Positions 39,596-51,819 of a stretch of DNA of 64,000 nucleotides are shown piece by piece (within the stretch, counting starts at the first letter, position 1; every line of letters starts with the position of its first letter). The notes beneath the pieces are model-generated. The model was not told the origin of the DNA and ran no database searches. It saw only the letters and a list, made by a program, of their open reading frames with translations. The translations under genes were made by a program, and so were the position numbers. The DNA is from Octopus sinensis (taxonomy: Eukaryota): contig NC_042999.1 of assembly GCF_006345805.1 (NCBI RefSeq), positions 69,440,001 to 69,504,000 of the forward strand, read 5' to 3'.

Positions 39596-42500
39596 TATAT
39601 ATATATATATATATACACTAGAAAACTATGCACTAGAAAAGTAGGCGATGTTACGGTTCTGGTACCGTTTACGTCAACTGACAACGTGTATTTGTTTATG
39701 GCTCCTGAGAAGAGCAGCAATCGATTACCCCAGTACTTGATTGGTACTCTTGGTACTCTATCTTATCGAGCCCCGAAATGACGAACAGCAAATTCGACCG
39801 TGGCGGGATTTGAACTCAAAATGTTTAAGGCACACGATAGAATTTCGTTCCGAATACTGTCTCACACAAAATGGAATTTCTTCAATTTTTCTCGCTATTT
39901 TTTTGCTGTCATTTTTACAAGAAAACACATGTAAGACAATCTAAAACACCTGTAAAGCAATCTTTCGGTATTGGTAGACATTCACCACACAATTTTCAAT
40001 AATGACAGAGAAAGGGACTAAGCTGATAAAGAGAGTAAATGACTGACATTCATGCAGATCAATACCGAAGGATCACCCATATGGCGATTAATTTGCACTG
40101 TAATTTGCACTGTAACAAAAAAATTTCAAAAATTCATGTTTTTACAAACTTGCCCCCTCCCACCATCGCTCCTTCGGAATAACTGCCACAATTAAAATGA
40201 ATTTTTTTTTTTCGTTATCTTTCGTTATTTTAAGGAATTATTCCATATTCTGGAACACTTGTAATTACGTTTGGAAGAAGAAAGACTATTTTTTCAACAA
40301 GGCAGTGCCCCAGCTTGACCGCAATCTATTGACTGAAACAAGGAAACATATCCCTAAAAATTCTCAACTCGAAATTCCCTCGGACACACAGCTAAAAGAG
40401 CGCGTGGCTTTTTGTCGAACGCTCCACCGACTTAGCCCACACCACTGTTCTTTTATTTCAATGATGCCATTTAAAAAATAAATAACTTAGCAGTTCGGCA
40501 AAAGAAGTCCGATAGAACGAGTACCAGACTTTAAAAAAATAAGCACTCCAGTATGGACGCCGTCTAATGACTAAAACAAGTAAAAGAAAAAAAAATATTG
40601 TTTTAACCTTTTTTGTTTAATGTGTCGCGAATCGCTATTCTCTGACAGCAGTTTTACATTTTCCAGATGCCTTTAGCTAGGCCGAAATAATGTCTTCACC
40701 ACTTGACCCTTTCTAACCTCTTCTAGTACACCATAAGCTAAATCAACTAAATTTATTGTTCTCAATGATATATCTATCCTTCTGGGTCTTAATATAAGCA
40801 AGCACATCAGTTGTCATCAACAGAACAACCAAAGGAATCACTATCAAAACGACTGCTACAATTTCAATGTCCCACCCTCTTTCGGCCATACATACATACA
40901 TACATACACACACACATACTTACACACACACATACATAGATACATACACACACACACACACATACATGCATACATACATATACACATACACCGAGTAAAA
41001 AATCAGTTATCTCTCTCTTTCACACATTACTCTCTCTGTCTCTTCACACACACTAACAGAAGCACTTCACTTACACAACATACTGTCTGTCTCCCACACC
41101 CCATCAAACGCACACAGGCCGACTTCAAAGTGAAACCTTATCGTCGTAAAATCGCTTCCTCTTAGTCTCTTTCGCTCTCATTACTTATGTAAAAAAATAA
41201 AAATTTTTTACGGAAATCGACGGAAATCTGATCTACGACATACGAAACATCGCCAAGCCTTGTTTTGTTTTGCTTGTCGGCAATTAAATACTTGTTTTAG
41301 TAAAAATGGATATTCTAATTGGCATTATGCAAAAGAAAAAAAAAACAAAAGTTTAAATAAGCACACAAACTCTGCATCCCATATCCAAGCTATGTTGACA
41401 TGGAAGGAACGCCAACAATGTTTATCCATAACATCCATGTCTTCAATCTTGCAAAATGATCAGTTGAACAAAAATCGTTATTATATCAGTTCCATTGTTG
41501 ATATTGTTCATTTTCTTTGTGCAAACGAATTGCCTTTTCGAGGAAACGAAAATGAAGCTTTTCGGGAACTTTATTCGGAAGATGATACGTAACCTTGTGG
41601 TCTTTATTTGAAATTATTCCAGTACACATTAGAGAAAGACTCAAAGCTAATGGAATGTTACAGCATGATTCCAAAAAATGCGACCTACACCTCCGCAGCA
41701 ATGCAAAACGAAATCATCGAATTGTTGATAAGACACACTGTCAGCCTCGTGCTCGATGTTTATTTGAAATTATATAAAAATAATGTTTAAAGATTTGGCT
41801 GTTATCTCTAGCATGTAGAATGTGCTTGTTGAAAATATTTTTTTTAATATTGGAGTCGATACATTCGACTAAAAATTCTTTGAGGTGATGCCCCAGCATG
41901 GCCTCAGTTTAATGTTTGCAACAAGTAAAATGAAAATAAAAACGAAATATATCAGAAGTTTTGCCCAGGATAGGCGTCAAGAAATGTGAAAAAATAAACG
42001 GAAAAAATAACCGAAAAATATAAGCATGGGGCTTTTGTCCACTTTCACACTTTTGTCCGTACCCCTGTTCAGCACCCCCAGTTGCAATCGGCTGGCTACG
42101 TGGCTGGTATGAAGTAAGGATTTGCGTTCTCTCTATCTGTATGTATGCGTGTATGTATGTATCTATGCATGTATGTATACACACAAACACACACATAGAA
42201 ATTTGGCACAAGGTATATCTACACGAGAAAACATTAATACATATATCTTCCGCGTTACGAAAGCGCATTACCCATAATTCATTTCCCCATAACTTATCTT
42301 GTTCATTGACGTTTAATTTATATGAAAGTCATCGGGGGGAGGATAAGTTTCACATTACGTAGCTTCGCATTGTGTCATGATTTCCACGGTTGCAATGCTT
42401 CCACTATGCGACTGTTGCTTAAAAAACAAAACGAGCTTTTAGGGCATCAAGTCATTTTATAACGATATATTGAACCAATCGGTTTTTGGGGGGTATTGTT

Positions 42501-43046
42501 TGCCACAGAAGACAAGTTGGTAGCGTTTATCTTTAATTCATTAAACTGTTTATCTTTTATCTTGTCACATATGGTTGTAGCAATGTGGAGTTTGTCAATG
42601 AAGATATACTTCAAAAGTATGCGTTACCTTTGCCAAAGTAGATGGCTCAGTTAATGCTGTGTAGTCTCACTGCGGCTGTGAGAATAATAACTGAACCAAA
42701 TTCACAAACAATTAACTGTAATATTTATTGCCAGACGTAACGATATTCGGTGTTGGCTTCCCGCTACTATCTTTCATTATTTACTTGTTTTTTCACTAAA
42801 CTGCGGCCATGCTAGAGCAAACCCATAAAGGGGTTTTAATCTAACTAATCAACCCCAGTACTTACGTTTTTTTCTATAAGTTTGGTACTAAATTTCTTTT
42901 CATTCGCAGAATCTCTAAGTTACGGCAACGTAAACAAACCAATACCGGTTATCAATTGCTAGGAAGGGACAAATACAGATACAAAAACACTCACATGCAT
43001 ACGCGCGCATCTATACACCGTCTTCGTCTTTTTTTTTGTGAATTCT

Positions 43047-43105
<59 letters not shown>

Positions 43106-43261
43106 TACACATATATATATATGGCAGTGCTCCAGCATAGCCACAGTCATTGGACTGAAACATAAAATAAAAGAATATGTACACTCGCACATACGCAGAT
43201 TGATCTATCTATCTATCTCTAGTTTTTTTTTAACAAGAAACCATTCAGTAGCATGAATTGG

Positions 43262-43330
<69 letters not shown>

Positions 43331-43332
<2 letters not shown>

Positions 43333-43822
43333 TACATTAAAAGGCTTCTAAAAGAAGAAGTGAGTACTAGATACACAAAAGTTGGATAAATTCAGTGAAA
43401 TGAAAATTAAAAACGTTTACAAACTCGGTTCATCTTATAAAACCTTTAATAATAATCTTGCAAGTATGAAAATTGGTCCCTAAGTTATATTTTGTTTATA
43501 ACAGCTACTTATCATCATGTTTACACTGGAGGCTATCATATTTATTGGATTAATTTACAAATTCATCTTATAAAAGTTAGAGAAAGCAAATTAGTAGAGT
43601 CGCACATGCTTCTATTGATATGCACTTCTAGAATAACAGGTTGCTTACTGAAGAATCTGACCTGAGCAGATAAATTATATTTAATGCTGAAAAAGACGAA
43701 ACTGCAGTATAAGATGAACCGAGTTTGTAAACGTTTTTAATTTTCATTTCACTGAATTTATCCAACTTTTGTGTATCTAGTACTCACTTCTTCTTTTAGA
43801 AGCCTTTTAATGTACTTATATA
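43331..43822 (+). mobile_element. Element with about 113-bp inverted termini and a decayed hammerhead (probably PLE-derived)
   Basis: 43331-43439 is the reverse complement of 43709-43817. Motif CTGAAGA-A-TCTG-ACCTGAG-CAGA-TAAA at 43648-43674. TA tracts on both sides. The internal part 43441-43563 recurs inverted at 45346-45468. Confidence 0.6.
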
Positions 43823-43911
43823 TGAATAACATATAGCCTATGGCTAAAATGTCTTTTGTACTAGATCACCGGCGATAATAATTTATTTTATCGCATTTTG
43901 ACTATGTTTAC

Positions 43912-43963
<52 letters not shown>

Positions 43964-44574
43964 GGCAAAATGTCTGCGTGTGTGTATCCTTTATACAAAT
44001 CCACAATTTTTCAGTTAGAGGGCTCGCACTTTCTATGGTCATTCAAAACCGTCCAAGGGTGGTCGTGCACATCTTTACATTTCCCCAGTCACCCCGCAAA
44101 GCCATTAAAAAATCAATAGAAGTGACTTTTTTGTGAATTTTCTATCCAAAACCTAATCAAAATGCCTGAAACTTGATATGGCAATTGAATGCCAGCTAGC
44201 TGTATGTGATTGGTCGGAGATTTGGACAGTACTCGCATATATGTGCGCACGCGCGCAGCTGTATATGCATGCACTAGCACTATGACCCGGAGTGTCATGA
44301 TGAATCTGCTTGAGAACTATGTTAATGGTACACATGTCTGTGGAATACTCAGTCACATATACACTGATTCAATGAGACTGGCAAGCCAGTAGATTGAAGC
44401 AGTGAACCCTCAATGGTTAGAAATTCTAACCATTCTTCAAAAAGTCTGTAATCTGAATTTCATATAGACTTCATAGACTTCCTTAGAAATCCTGCAAATT
44501 AAACTGTTTCACATATAATCACCACTACCACTACCACCACCGCCACTGCCACTGTCACTTTCACAATCACCACC

Positions 44575-45000
44575 ACTACCACTGCTACCCACACCACAAT
44601 CGCCGCCACCACCTCCATGCTGCCACCATCACCACTGCTACCCACACCACAATCACCACCACTACCTCCATGCTGCCACCACCACTACCACTGCTACCCA
44701 CACCACAATCGCCACCACCACCTCCATGCTGCCACCATCACCACTGCTACCCACACCACAATCACCACCACTACCTCCATGCTGCCACCACCACCACTGC
44801 TACCCACTACCACCATCACGCTCCCACTACCACCACAGCCACCACCACCACCACTTCCATGCTGCCACCATCACCACTACTACCCACACCACAACTACCA
44901 CCATCATCACCATTGCTACCCACAGCACAATCACCACCACCACCACCACACTCCCACTACCACCATGGCCACTGCCACTGCTACCCATACCACAATCATC
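44575..45000. repeat. CAC/CCA-rich minisatellite with alternating 53/56-bp units
   Basis: The unit ACTGCTACCCACACCACAATC(G/A)CC..CCTCCATGCTGCCACC repeats with a 109-bp higher-order period, then decays. Confidence 0.8.
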
Positions 45001-48000
45001 ACCCCCACAACCAGCCTTTGGACATTTCTGCCTCAAGTAAGACTCATAAGGTTGATTACTCAGTTTTCATGGCACATAAGTAACCAAGATCACAACATTC
45101 TCCACTGACTGGGACATTGGTTCATTGGAGGGTTATTCATTTGCAGTGGAGCAGGACAGAGTAACATAAAATGAAGCGTTTTGCTCAAGAACACAACACA
45201 ACACCCAGTCCAGGAATCGAAACCACAATCTTACAATCATGACTCCAATACCTTAGCTACTAGGTCACACGTCTGTTATAATAAATAATACACAGTGGAT
45301 TAGAATTTCCCTCGTTTTCAATGTTTAGGAAAGACGAATGTGTATAATTTGTAAATTAATCCAATAAATATGATAGCCTCCAGTGTAAACATGATGATAA
45401 GTAGCTGTTATAAACAAAATATAACTTAGGGACCAATTTTCATACTTGCAAGATTATTATTAAAGGTTAAATGGCAAAAATTTGTGTTTAAATTCCTTTC
45501 AATTTTACTCTGTAACCGTCACAACCCAATGCATTACACAGTTTAGCAAATACAATATTTTTCTTCATATTATTATTATCGTCATTTTGTTTCTAATCTC
45601 GACTAACATCGGTGACTTCAACAACAGAAATGAAGGGACACAATTGTATATACACCAACGGTTGTTGTGTGGAACAGTCTAATATTTAAGTGAATAATAT
45701 ACTTTTGTGCTGTTTTGTACAAGATGGGCGTCATCAAACTGAGAACTAAAATACTTCTTTTTTATCTTCTTTATTTAAGATGGTAGAGATTAGTTCTAAA
45801 TGGAATGATGCCTAAGATACCTTACATAATTTAATTCAGCTCTTCTCCATTCAGGGTTCAAACCTTACCAAAGTTGACTTTGCCTTTCAATTTCTTGGGG
45901 GTCATCATTACAATCACCACCACCATCATCATCATCATTGTTTGTCCACTTTTAATACTGACATGAGTTGAATGGCCCAAGTCAATCCTTATTCAGAGTC
46001 ACTGTCCCCCTAGACGGAGTAACTATCCTCCAAACTGGAGTATGGACTCCTTGATGGGTTCCACTCAAACATTCCATGTCTGGCATGGTTTCTGTCGCTG
46101 GACGTTCTTCCTGACACTAACAGAGTGTATCAAGATATATGGCATGTTGATGTATTTGCCAAAACAGACTATGGAACCTGGAGTGGACTTTGGCTTTGCC
46201 AGCTCCTGCCCAACCATTCAACCCAGGGCAGCATGGAAAATGGACATTAAATGATGATGATGATGATGATTGGAGTGCATTTTATCATGGCACCAGCACT
46301 TGAGAGGTTGTCATGTTCTTTACAAGAATTGAAGATCCTTCTCTATCTTCATTCGCCAACCACTGAGTACATTTATTGTGGCACCAGCACTAGAGAGTCT
46401 ACCTTATTTGATGAAAGGCACTAAAAAGACATCTCTTACCCTGGAAAACATAACCAAAAGGATGAAATGAAGGGAGATTGATGACCATGAGGGTGAAATA
46501 AGAGAGAGTAAGGATAAGATAGAGTAAGTGAGAATAAAAGTTAGCATGAGTGTAATGAGGGAAACAGTAATAAGATGGTAGGGGAAGGAGTAATAGGAGA
46601 GAGACAGTGATGGTAACATGTTGGTTGTTGGTAAGGTGGTTGAATAGCCCTATGTTGGGATTGTGATTAACAGGATGCTGGGTGTCTATGAAAAATCACA
46701 TGGGGGAGAGATAAGGATTTAGATAGAGTAGGTTGATGGTAGGAGATACTGAATATGGACAGATCAGATACATTAGATCACGTATGTTGTAGCAGCAAAG
46801 GATGATACATCTTGGCATGTTGATTCCAGACTCATGTAGCAGTCATAGCAGTTGATGTCATGTTGTAGAATATGCTACTACAAAAATGCCAAAACATGTA
46901 ATATTTATATCTTGGTTTCAAATTTTGGCACAAGGCCAGCAATTTTGGGAAAGCGGGTAAGTCAATTACACCAATCCCAGTAATGAACTTGTATTTTATC
47001 AACCACCAAAAGAATGAAAGACAAAGTCAACCTTGGTGGAATTTGAACTCAGAATGTAAAGACAGAAGAAATGTCAAGCATTTTGCCTGGTGTGCTAATG
47101 ATTCTGCCATCTTGCCACCTTAAATATTCTTTTCTACCCTGGGCACAAGACCCGAAATTTTGGGGGAGGTGGGGGGCAATCGGTTAGATTGACCCCAGTA
47201 CACAACTGGTACTTAATTTATTGACCCTGAAAGGATGAAAGGCAAAGTTGACCTCAGCAGAATTTGAACTCAGAATGTAAAGACAGATGAAATAACGCTA
47301 AGCATTTCGCCCAGTGTGCTAACGTTTCTGCCAGCTTGCTGCCTTATAATATACTTACATATTGCAATGCGTTTTGTCTCTGGAAACCGTTGTGTCTTAT
47401 CCTCCTTAGTAATCCCTACCATAACTCACAGTTAATGTAATGATCACCATGACCATCACCTCTCAAAAGCTAATATAGCTGTGTTTGTAAGGTGGCAAGC
47501 TGGCAGAATCGTTAGCATGCCAGGCGAAATGCTTAGTAGTATTTCATCTGTCTTTACGTTCTGAGTTCAAATTCCACTGAGGTCGACTTTGCCTTTCATC
47601 TTTTTGGGGAGTCAATAAATTAAGTACCAGTTGTGTACTGGGTTCAATATAATCCACTGGCCCCCTTCCCAAAACTTTTCTGGCCTTGTGCCTAGAGTAT
47701 AAAAGAATATAGCTGTGTTTGTGAATTCCTGACCGACTGACTTATGCCAGTGTTAGGCTAAACCTTGCAGACCAGTTTAATGACATTAATAACAATTACA
47801 TATTTGACATATATATATATACACATTATACACACACATATATATATATATGATGGGCTTCTTTCAGTTTCCGTCTACCAAATCCACTCACAAGTCTTCG
47901 GTTGGCCCGAGGCTATCATAGAAGACACTTGCCCAAGGTGCCACACAGTGAGACTGAACCCAGAACCATGTGGTTGATAAGCAAGCTACTTACCATACAG

Positions 48001-48076
48001 CCACTCCTGCGCCTATATATATATATTTATTTATTATATATATATTTATTTATTTATTATATATATATATATGTAT

Positions 48077-48137
<61 letters not shown>

Positions 48138-48176
48138 AGAGTGTTGTAGTTTGCTTGAAGCATTGTGTATTCTTTG

Positions 48177-48426
48177 TAAAGAATAAAATGTTTTGAATAA
48201 CACAACAATGCACTATAATAACAACAATGAACTATAATAACTGTTGTAATTTAATCTGATATAATATTTCGGAATATAAAAATTCCTTCTTCAGATATCC
48301 ATCAATTCCTAGGGATATCTGAAGAAAGAATTTTCATATTCGGAAATATCATACCAGACTATGGATGATTAAATTACAACAGTTATTATAGTCCACTGTT
48401 GTGTTATTCAAAACACATTATTCTTT
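48177..48426. mobile_element. Foldback made of two divergent hammerhead-bearing repeat ends
   Basis: The arms are imperfect reverse complements, and each contains a CTGAAGA..GAAATAT motif. Confidence 0.7.
48258..48299 (-). ncRNA. Minimal type I hammerhead ribozyme
   Basis: Minus strand reads GATAT-CTGAAGA-A-GGAAT-TTTTAT-ATTCC-GAAA-TAT-T-ATATC: core intact, 5-bp stems I and II. Confidence 0.7.
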
Positions 48427-48439
48427 ATATATATTTTTA

Positions 48440-48517
<78 letters not shown>

Positions 48518-49014
48518 ATAGAATTAGCTCGTATACGAGTAGGTATATATTTGTAAAAAATGAAGTTCGAAAATGCTGCTATATTATACAATTTTTAATT
48601 TTTTAATATACATTATAACATGTTTCAGTTCCTGAAATGAACCTTATCAAAAAAGTTATATATAAAAAAAGACAGCTCATGCCGTCAAACACAAGAAATT
48701 CATTTATAATACACAACGGAGTCAGACATCTTAGAGTTCATGTATAGTTGATATATAGTTTGAAGTAAGTTCATTCATGCTATATGTTCAAAGTGTTCGA
48801 TGCAGTGGCCCACGGTGGCGATACGTATTCAATACAAAAAACAGATCAAAGTGGTGGAAAGCAGTCAATACAGAAGATTGATGTTTCCGAAAGAGCGAGG
48901 AATTCATTTTTACCTTAAGCAATGTGATGACCCATGGTGGGTGTTCGCTGGGTGGTTCTAGTGAGTCTTGTGAATTGCTCGGTTTTATAATGCCTGTTAG
49001 GTGGTCAGTCCAGC

Positions 49015-49360
49015 GTAGCGTGACGTCATCAACGTTTTGACCAATCGTTTCGTTAGGTGGCTTTAGTCAAGCAGAACGGGACGTCATCATCATTTTGACC
49101 AATCGCTGTATTATAACTGCCTCTTGTCTGTTTCCTGTTTTGACCAGTCGCTTCGTTAGTCAAGCAGAACGGGACGTCATCCAGATTCTGCCCAATCACG
49201 ACTTATAGCTACATTAGATCTGCCCCCTGTCTGTTCTTGTTAGGTGACTAGTCAAGCAGAAAAGGACGTCATCAATATTCTGACTAATGACTGTCCCCTG
49301 TTTGTATCCTGTCCATTCTAGCAGAACTAGACGTCATCAACTTGTTGACCAATCAGAATC
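49015..49360. promoter_or_regulatory. Five repeats of a GACGTCATC...CCAAT module in the PLE 3' region
   Basis: Modules at about 49020, 49078, 49171, 49263 and 49329 pair a CRE-like core with a CCAAT-like box at near-constant spacing. Function is inferred only. Confidence 0.4.
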
Positions 49361-49523
49361 GGGTCTGACCCTTAGCTGTATCGTATGTATCAGGGTCAGA
49401 TTTGCACGAAAGAATTTTTTTCCCTTTTTTACTAAGGTATATTTCCGTCAGTGCGAGTGTCTGTTTAAGGTAGCGGCCATGGTGGAATTTTGCTTCTCCT
49501 TTTCGGAGGACTTATCTTTTGTT

Positions 49524-51371
49524 TTAGTATTCCTGGCCCAGGGTGTTTAAACTTGGTCTAAATTTTTTTATGAAATATAGTTCTTTATTTTGGCGTTGTG
49601 TGAAGGTTGCCTTGTCACTGAATTTATAGAGCGGGTTAGTTGTAAATTTCGGATTTACATTTCCAGCACATCTATCTATGTGTCCGCTGACCGGTATTTT
49701 GCGGTAATCAGGGTTTCTAATTTGTGATTTATGCACCGCCATCCTGTTACGTAAGCTATTTTTTGTATGGCCTATATACTGCCTATTGCAGCCTGCGCAT
49801 GTTATGACGTAAATTAAGTTTTCTGATGCGCAGGTGAAGTTTGTTCTAATGGTGAACTGGTGGCCTTGTTCCAGTATAAATTCTGATCCTTCTTTCAAGA
49901 TGACACAGATTCCGCAGTTGGGCCTTCCACATTTTCTAACTGCTGGTTTTGTGGTTAATGTTGAGTGCAGTGTAGCTTGGGTTAAAATCCTTTTCAAGGA
50001 TTTTGGTTGCCGTTTACTTTTAATGATGGTGTGTGTTTCGAGGATCCGGTTCATCTTTGGGTCTCCCTTTAGTAGGGCTGTGCTTTGTAGTATGGTGTTG
50101 AAGGCCTCATTGTTGAGTGGGTTGTGTGTAGAGATGTAGGGAAGGGTTTTTAATTGTTCTTTCTTTTTTGGTTTTGTTTGTCTCAGATCTTCTATACTTA
50201 ATTTAAGTACCCGTTGGATTGCACTGTCTATTACGGGCTGTGGATAGTTTCTATTTGTGAGTATGGTTCTAAGTTCCTGGAGACGTGTGTGTCGGGTGTT
50301 TGTGTCTGATATTATGGTGCAAATCCTTCTAGCTAAACAAAAAGGGACATTCATTCTAGTGTGTCGTGGGTGGCATGAATCAAAGGGTAGGTACTGTTTA
50401 GAGTCTGTCGGTTTATAGTAGATATCTGTCTCTATTTTGTTGCCGGTTTTCTTAATGAGGATGTCTAAAAATGGTAATTCTTTTTCGTTGTGGTCCATCG
50501 TGAATTGTATATTGTCATTTATTCCATTTAATAGTATTTTAAATTCCTCAAGTTTCTCTATACCTTTGTCCCAGATGATGAAACAGTCATCGAGGTATCT
50601 TTTCCAGTTGTTATGGATATAGGTGGCGAAGGTGTTTCCATATTTCTCGAGTGTTATCCGGTATAGTATTTTCTCGAGGTATCCCATCACTAGGTTGGCA
50701 AAAGATGGTGCAGTACGCGTGCCCATCGCTGTTCCCGATCTTTGCCTGTAGAAATCATTGTCAAAAATAAAATAATTGTTCTCTAAAATGAATCTAAGTC
50801 CTTCTATTATAAGGTCTTTGTTTATGCGAGTTGGGAGTTCAAAGGGGTAGTTATTCAGCCAGAAGGTGATCGCTTCTATTCCTAGGTTGTGAGGGATGTT
50901 AGAATAAAGATTAACTACGTCGAATGATACTAGAAGGGTTTTCTCATTGACTGTTTTAGGTAGGTGGTTGAGCATATCTATATCGTCTCTTATGTAGCTT
51001 TTGATGTGTTTTAGGAAAGGTTTAAGAAGTGTGTCTAAGAAATTGCTGAGGCGGTGAGTTTCACATGCTGGCCCTGCTATTATCGGTCTTAGTTTAAGAT
51101 CATTTGGTGAAGGGATTTTGATGAGTGTGTCGGTGGATGTTTTGCATGTTTCTCTAATGGTTTGGCTTTTGTGTACCTTAGGGATACCATAGAACAAACT
51201 CGATTTGCATTTGAAGTTAGTCATGTATTCATACTCCTTGTTCGTGAGTCCTTGGTATGTGTTGATTAATGTCCTAAGGTTATGCATTATTTTTTGCTGG
51301 TTATACTGTTGGGCCCTTTCATAATACGTTTCATCTCTTAATAGGGATAGCATTAAATTTTTATTGACCAC
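49524..51371 (-). CDS. Penelope-type reverse transcriptase + GIY-YIG endonuclease (615 aa open, N-terminus truncated)
   Basis: FYGIPKVHK, LRPIIA, SFDVVNLYSNIP, GTAMGTRTAPSFANL, RYLDD, LPFLDI, CGRPNCGIC and LIYVITCAGCNRQYIGHT..LRNRMAVH. Confidence 0.93.
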   Translation of the reverse strand: MVNKNLMLSLLRDETYYERAQQYNQQKIMHNLRTLINTYQGLTNKEYEYMTNFKCKSSLFYGIPKVHKSQTIRETCKTSTDTLIKIPSPNDLKLRPIIAGPACETHRLSNFLDTLLKPFLKHIKSYIRDDIDMLNHLPKTVNEKTLLVSFDVVNLYSNIPHNLGIEAITFWLNNYPFELPTRINKDLIIEGLRFILENNYFIFDNDFYRQRSGTAMGTRTAPSFANLVMGYLEKILYRITLEKYGNTFATYIHNNWKRYLDDCFIIWDKGIEKLEEFKILLNGINDNIQFTMDHNEKELPFLDILIKKTGNKIETDIYYKPTDSKQYLPFDSCHPRHTRMNVPFCLARRICTIISDTNTRHTRLQELRTILTNRNYPQPVIDSAIQRVLKLSIEDLRQTKPKKKEQLKTLPYISTHNPLNNEAFNTILQSTALLKGDPKMNRILETHTIIKSKRQPKSLKRILTQATLHSTLTTKPAVRKCGRPNCGICVILKEGSEFILEQGHQFTIRTNFTCASENLIYVITCAGCNRQYIGHTKNSLRNRMAVHKSQIRNPDYRKIPVSGHIDRCAGNVNPKFTTNPLYKFSDKATFTQRQNKELYFIKKFRPSLNTLGQEY

Positions 51372-51819
51372 CTAACAGGCATTATAAAACCGAGCAATTC
51401 ACAAGACTCACTAGAACCACCCAGCGAACACCCACCATGGGTCATCACAATTGCTTAAGGTAAAAATGAATTCCTCGCTCTTTCGGAAACATCAATCTTC
51501 TGTATTGACTGCTTTCCACCACTTTGATCTGTTTTTTGTATTGAATACGTATCGCCACCGTGGGCCACTGCATCGAACACTTTGAACATATAGCATGAAT
51601 GAACTTACTTCAAACTATATATCAACTATACATGAACTCTAAGATTTCTGACTCCGTTGTGTATTATAAATGAATTTCTTGTGTTTGACGGCATGAGCTG
51701 TCTTTTTTTATATATAACTTTTTTTGATAAGGTTCATTTCAGGAACTGAAACATGTTATAATGTATATATAAAAATTAAAAATTGTATAATATAGCAGCA
51801 TTTTCGAACTTCATTTTTT

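Larger units (their letters stand above)
32519..41254 (-). mobile_element. Merlin (IS1595-like) DNA transposon, enlarged by nested insertions
   Basis: Perfect 8-bp TSD AAGCCTTG (32511-32518 and 41255-41262). Ends GGCATAGTTTCG / CGAAACATCGCC. Long inverted arms 32519-32992 / 40882-41254. Internal transposase ORF. Confidence 0.85.
30602..42106 (+). mobile_element. Old hAT transposon (TTF-type zinc finger / DUF4371-like transposase relic) interrupted by Merlin and other insertions
   Basis: Ends CAGGCCCGTAGCTA and (reverse complement) CAGCCACGTAGCCA, degenerate 8-bp TSD GCATGAAT / GTATGAAG. Coding relic PVQPVLAKF...YGNQRRDFSSSRY..RLWLEYSLSKKA (about 32395-32518) continues as LFCFACRQ...SIVDIVHFLCANELPFRG...NATYTSAAMQNEII (about 41255-41790). 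Confidence 0.7.

Noticed and set aside
35759-40875. Separate DNA transposon with 336-bp TIRs carrying the CR1
   Set aside because: No TSD outside the inverted pair, and the repeat's inner end is a SINE tail fragment. An inverted duplication explains it better.
44617-45108. His/Pro/Thr-rich ORFs
   Set aside because: All three frames are open simply because of CAC/CCA repeat composition; no splice signals were identified.
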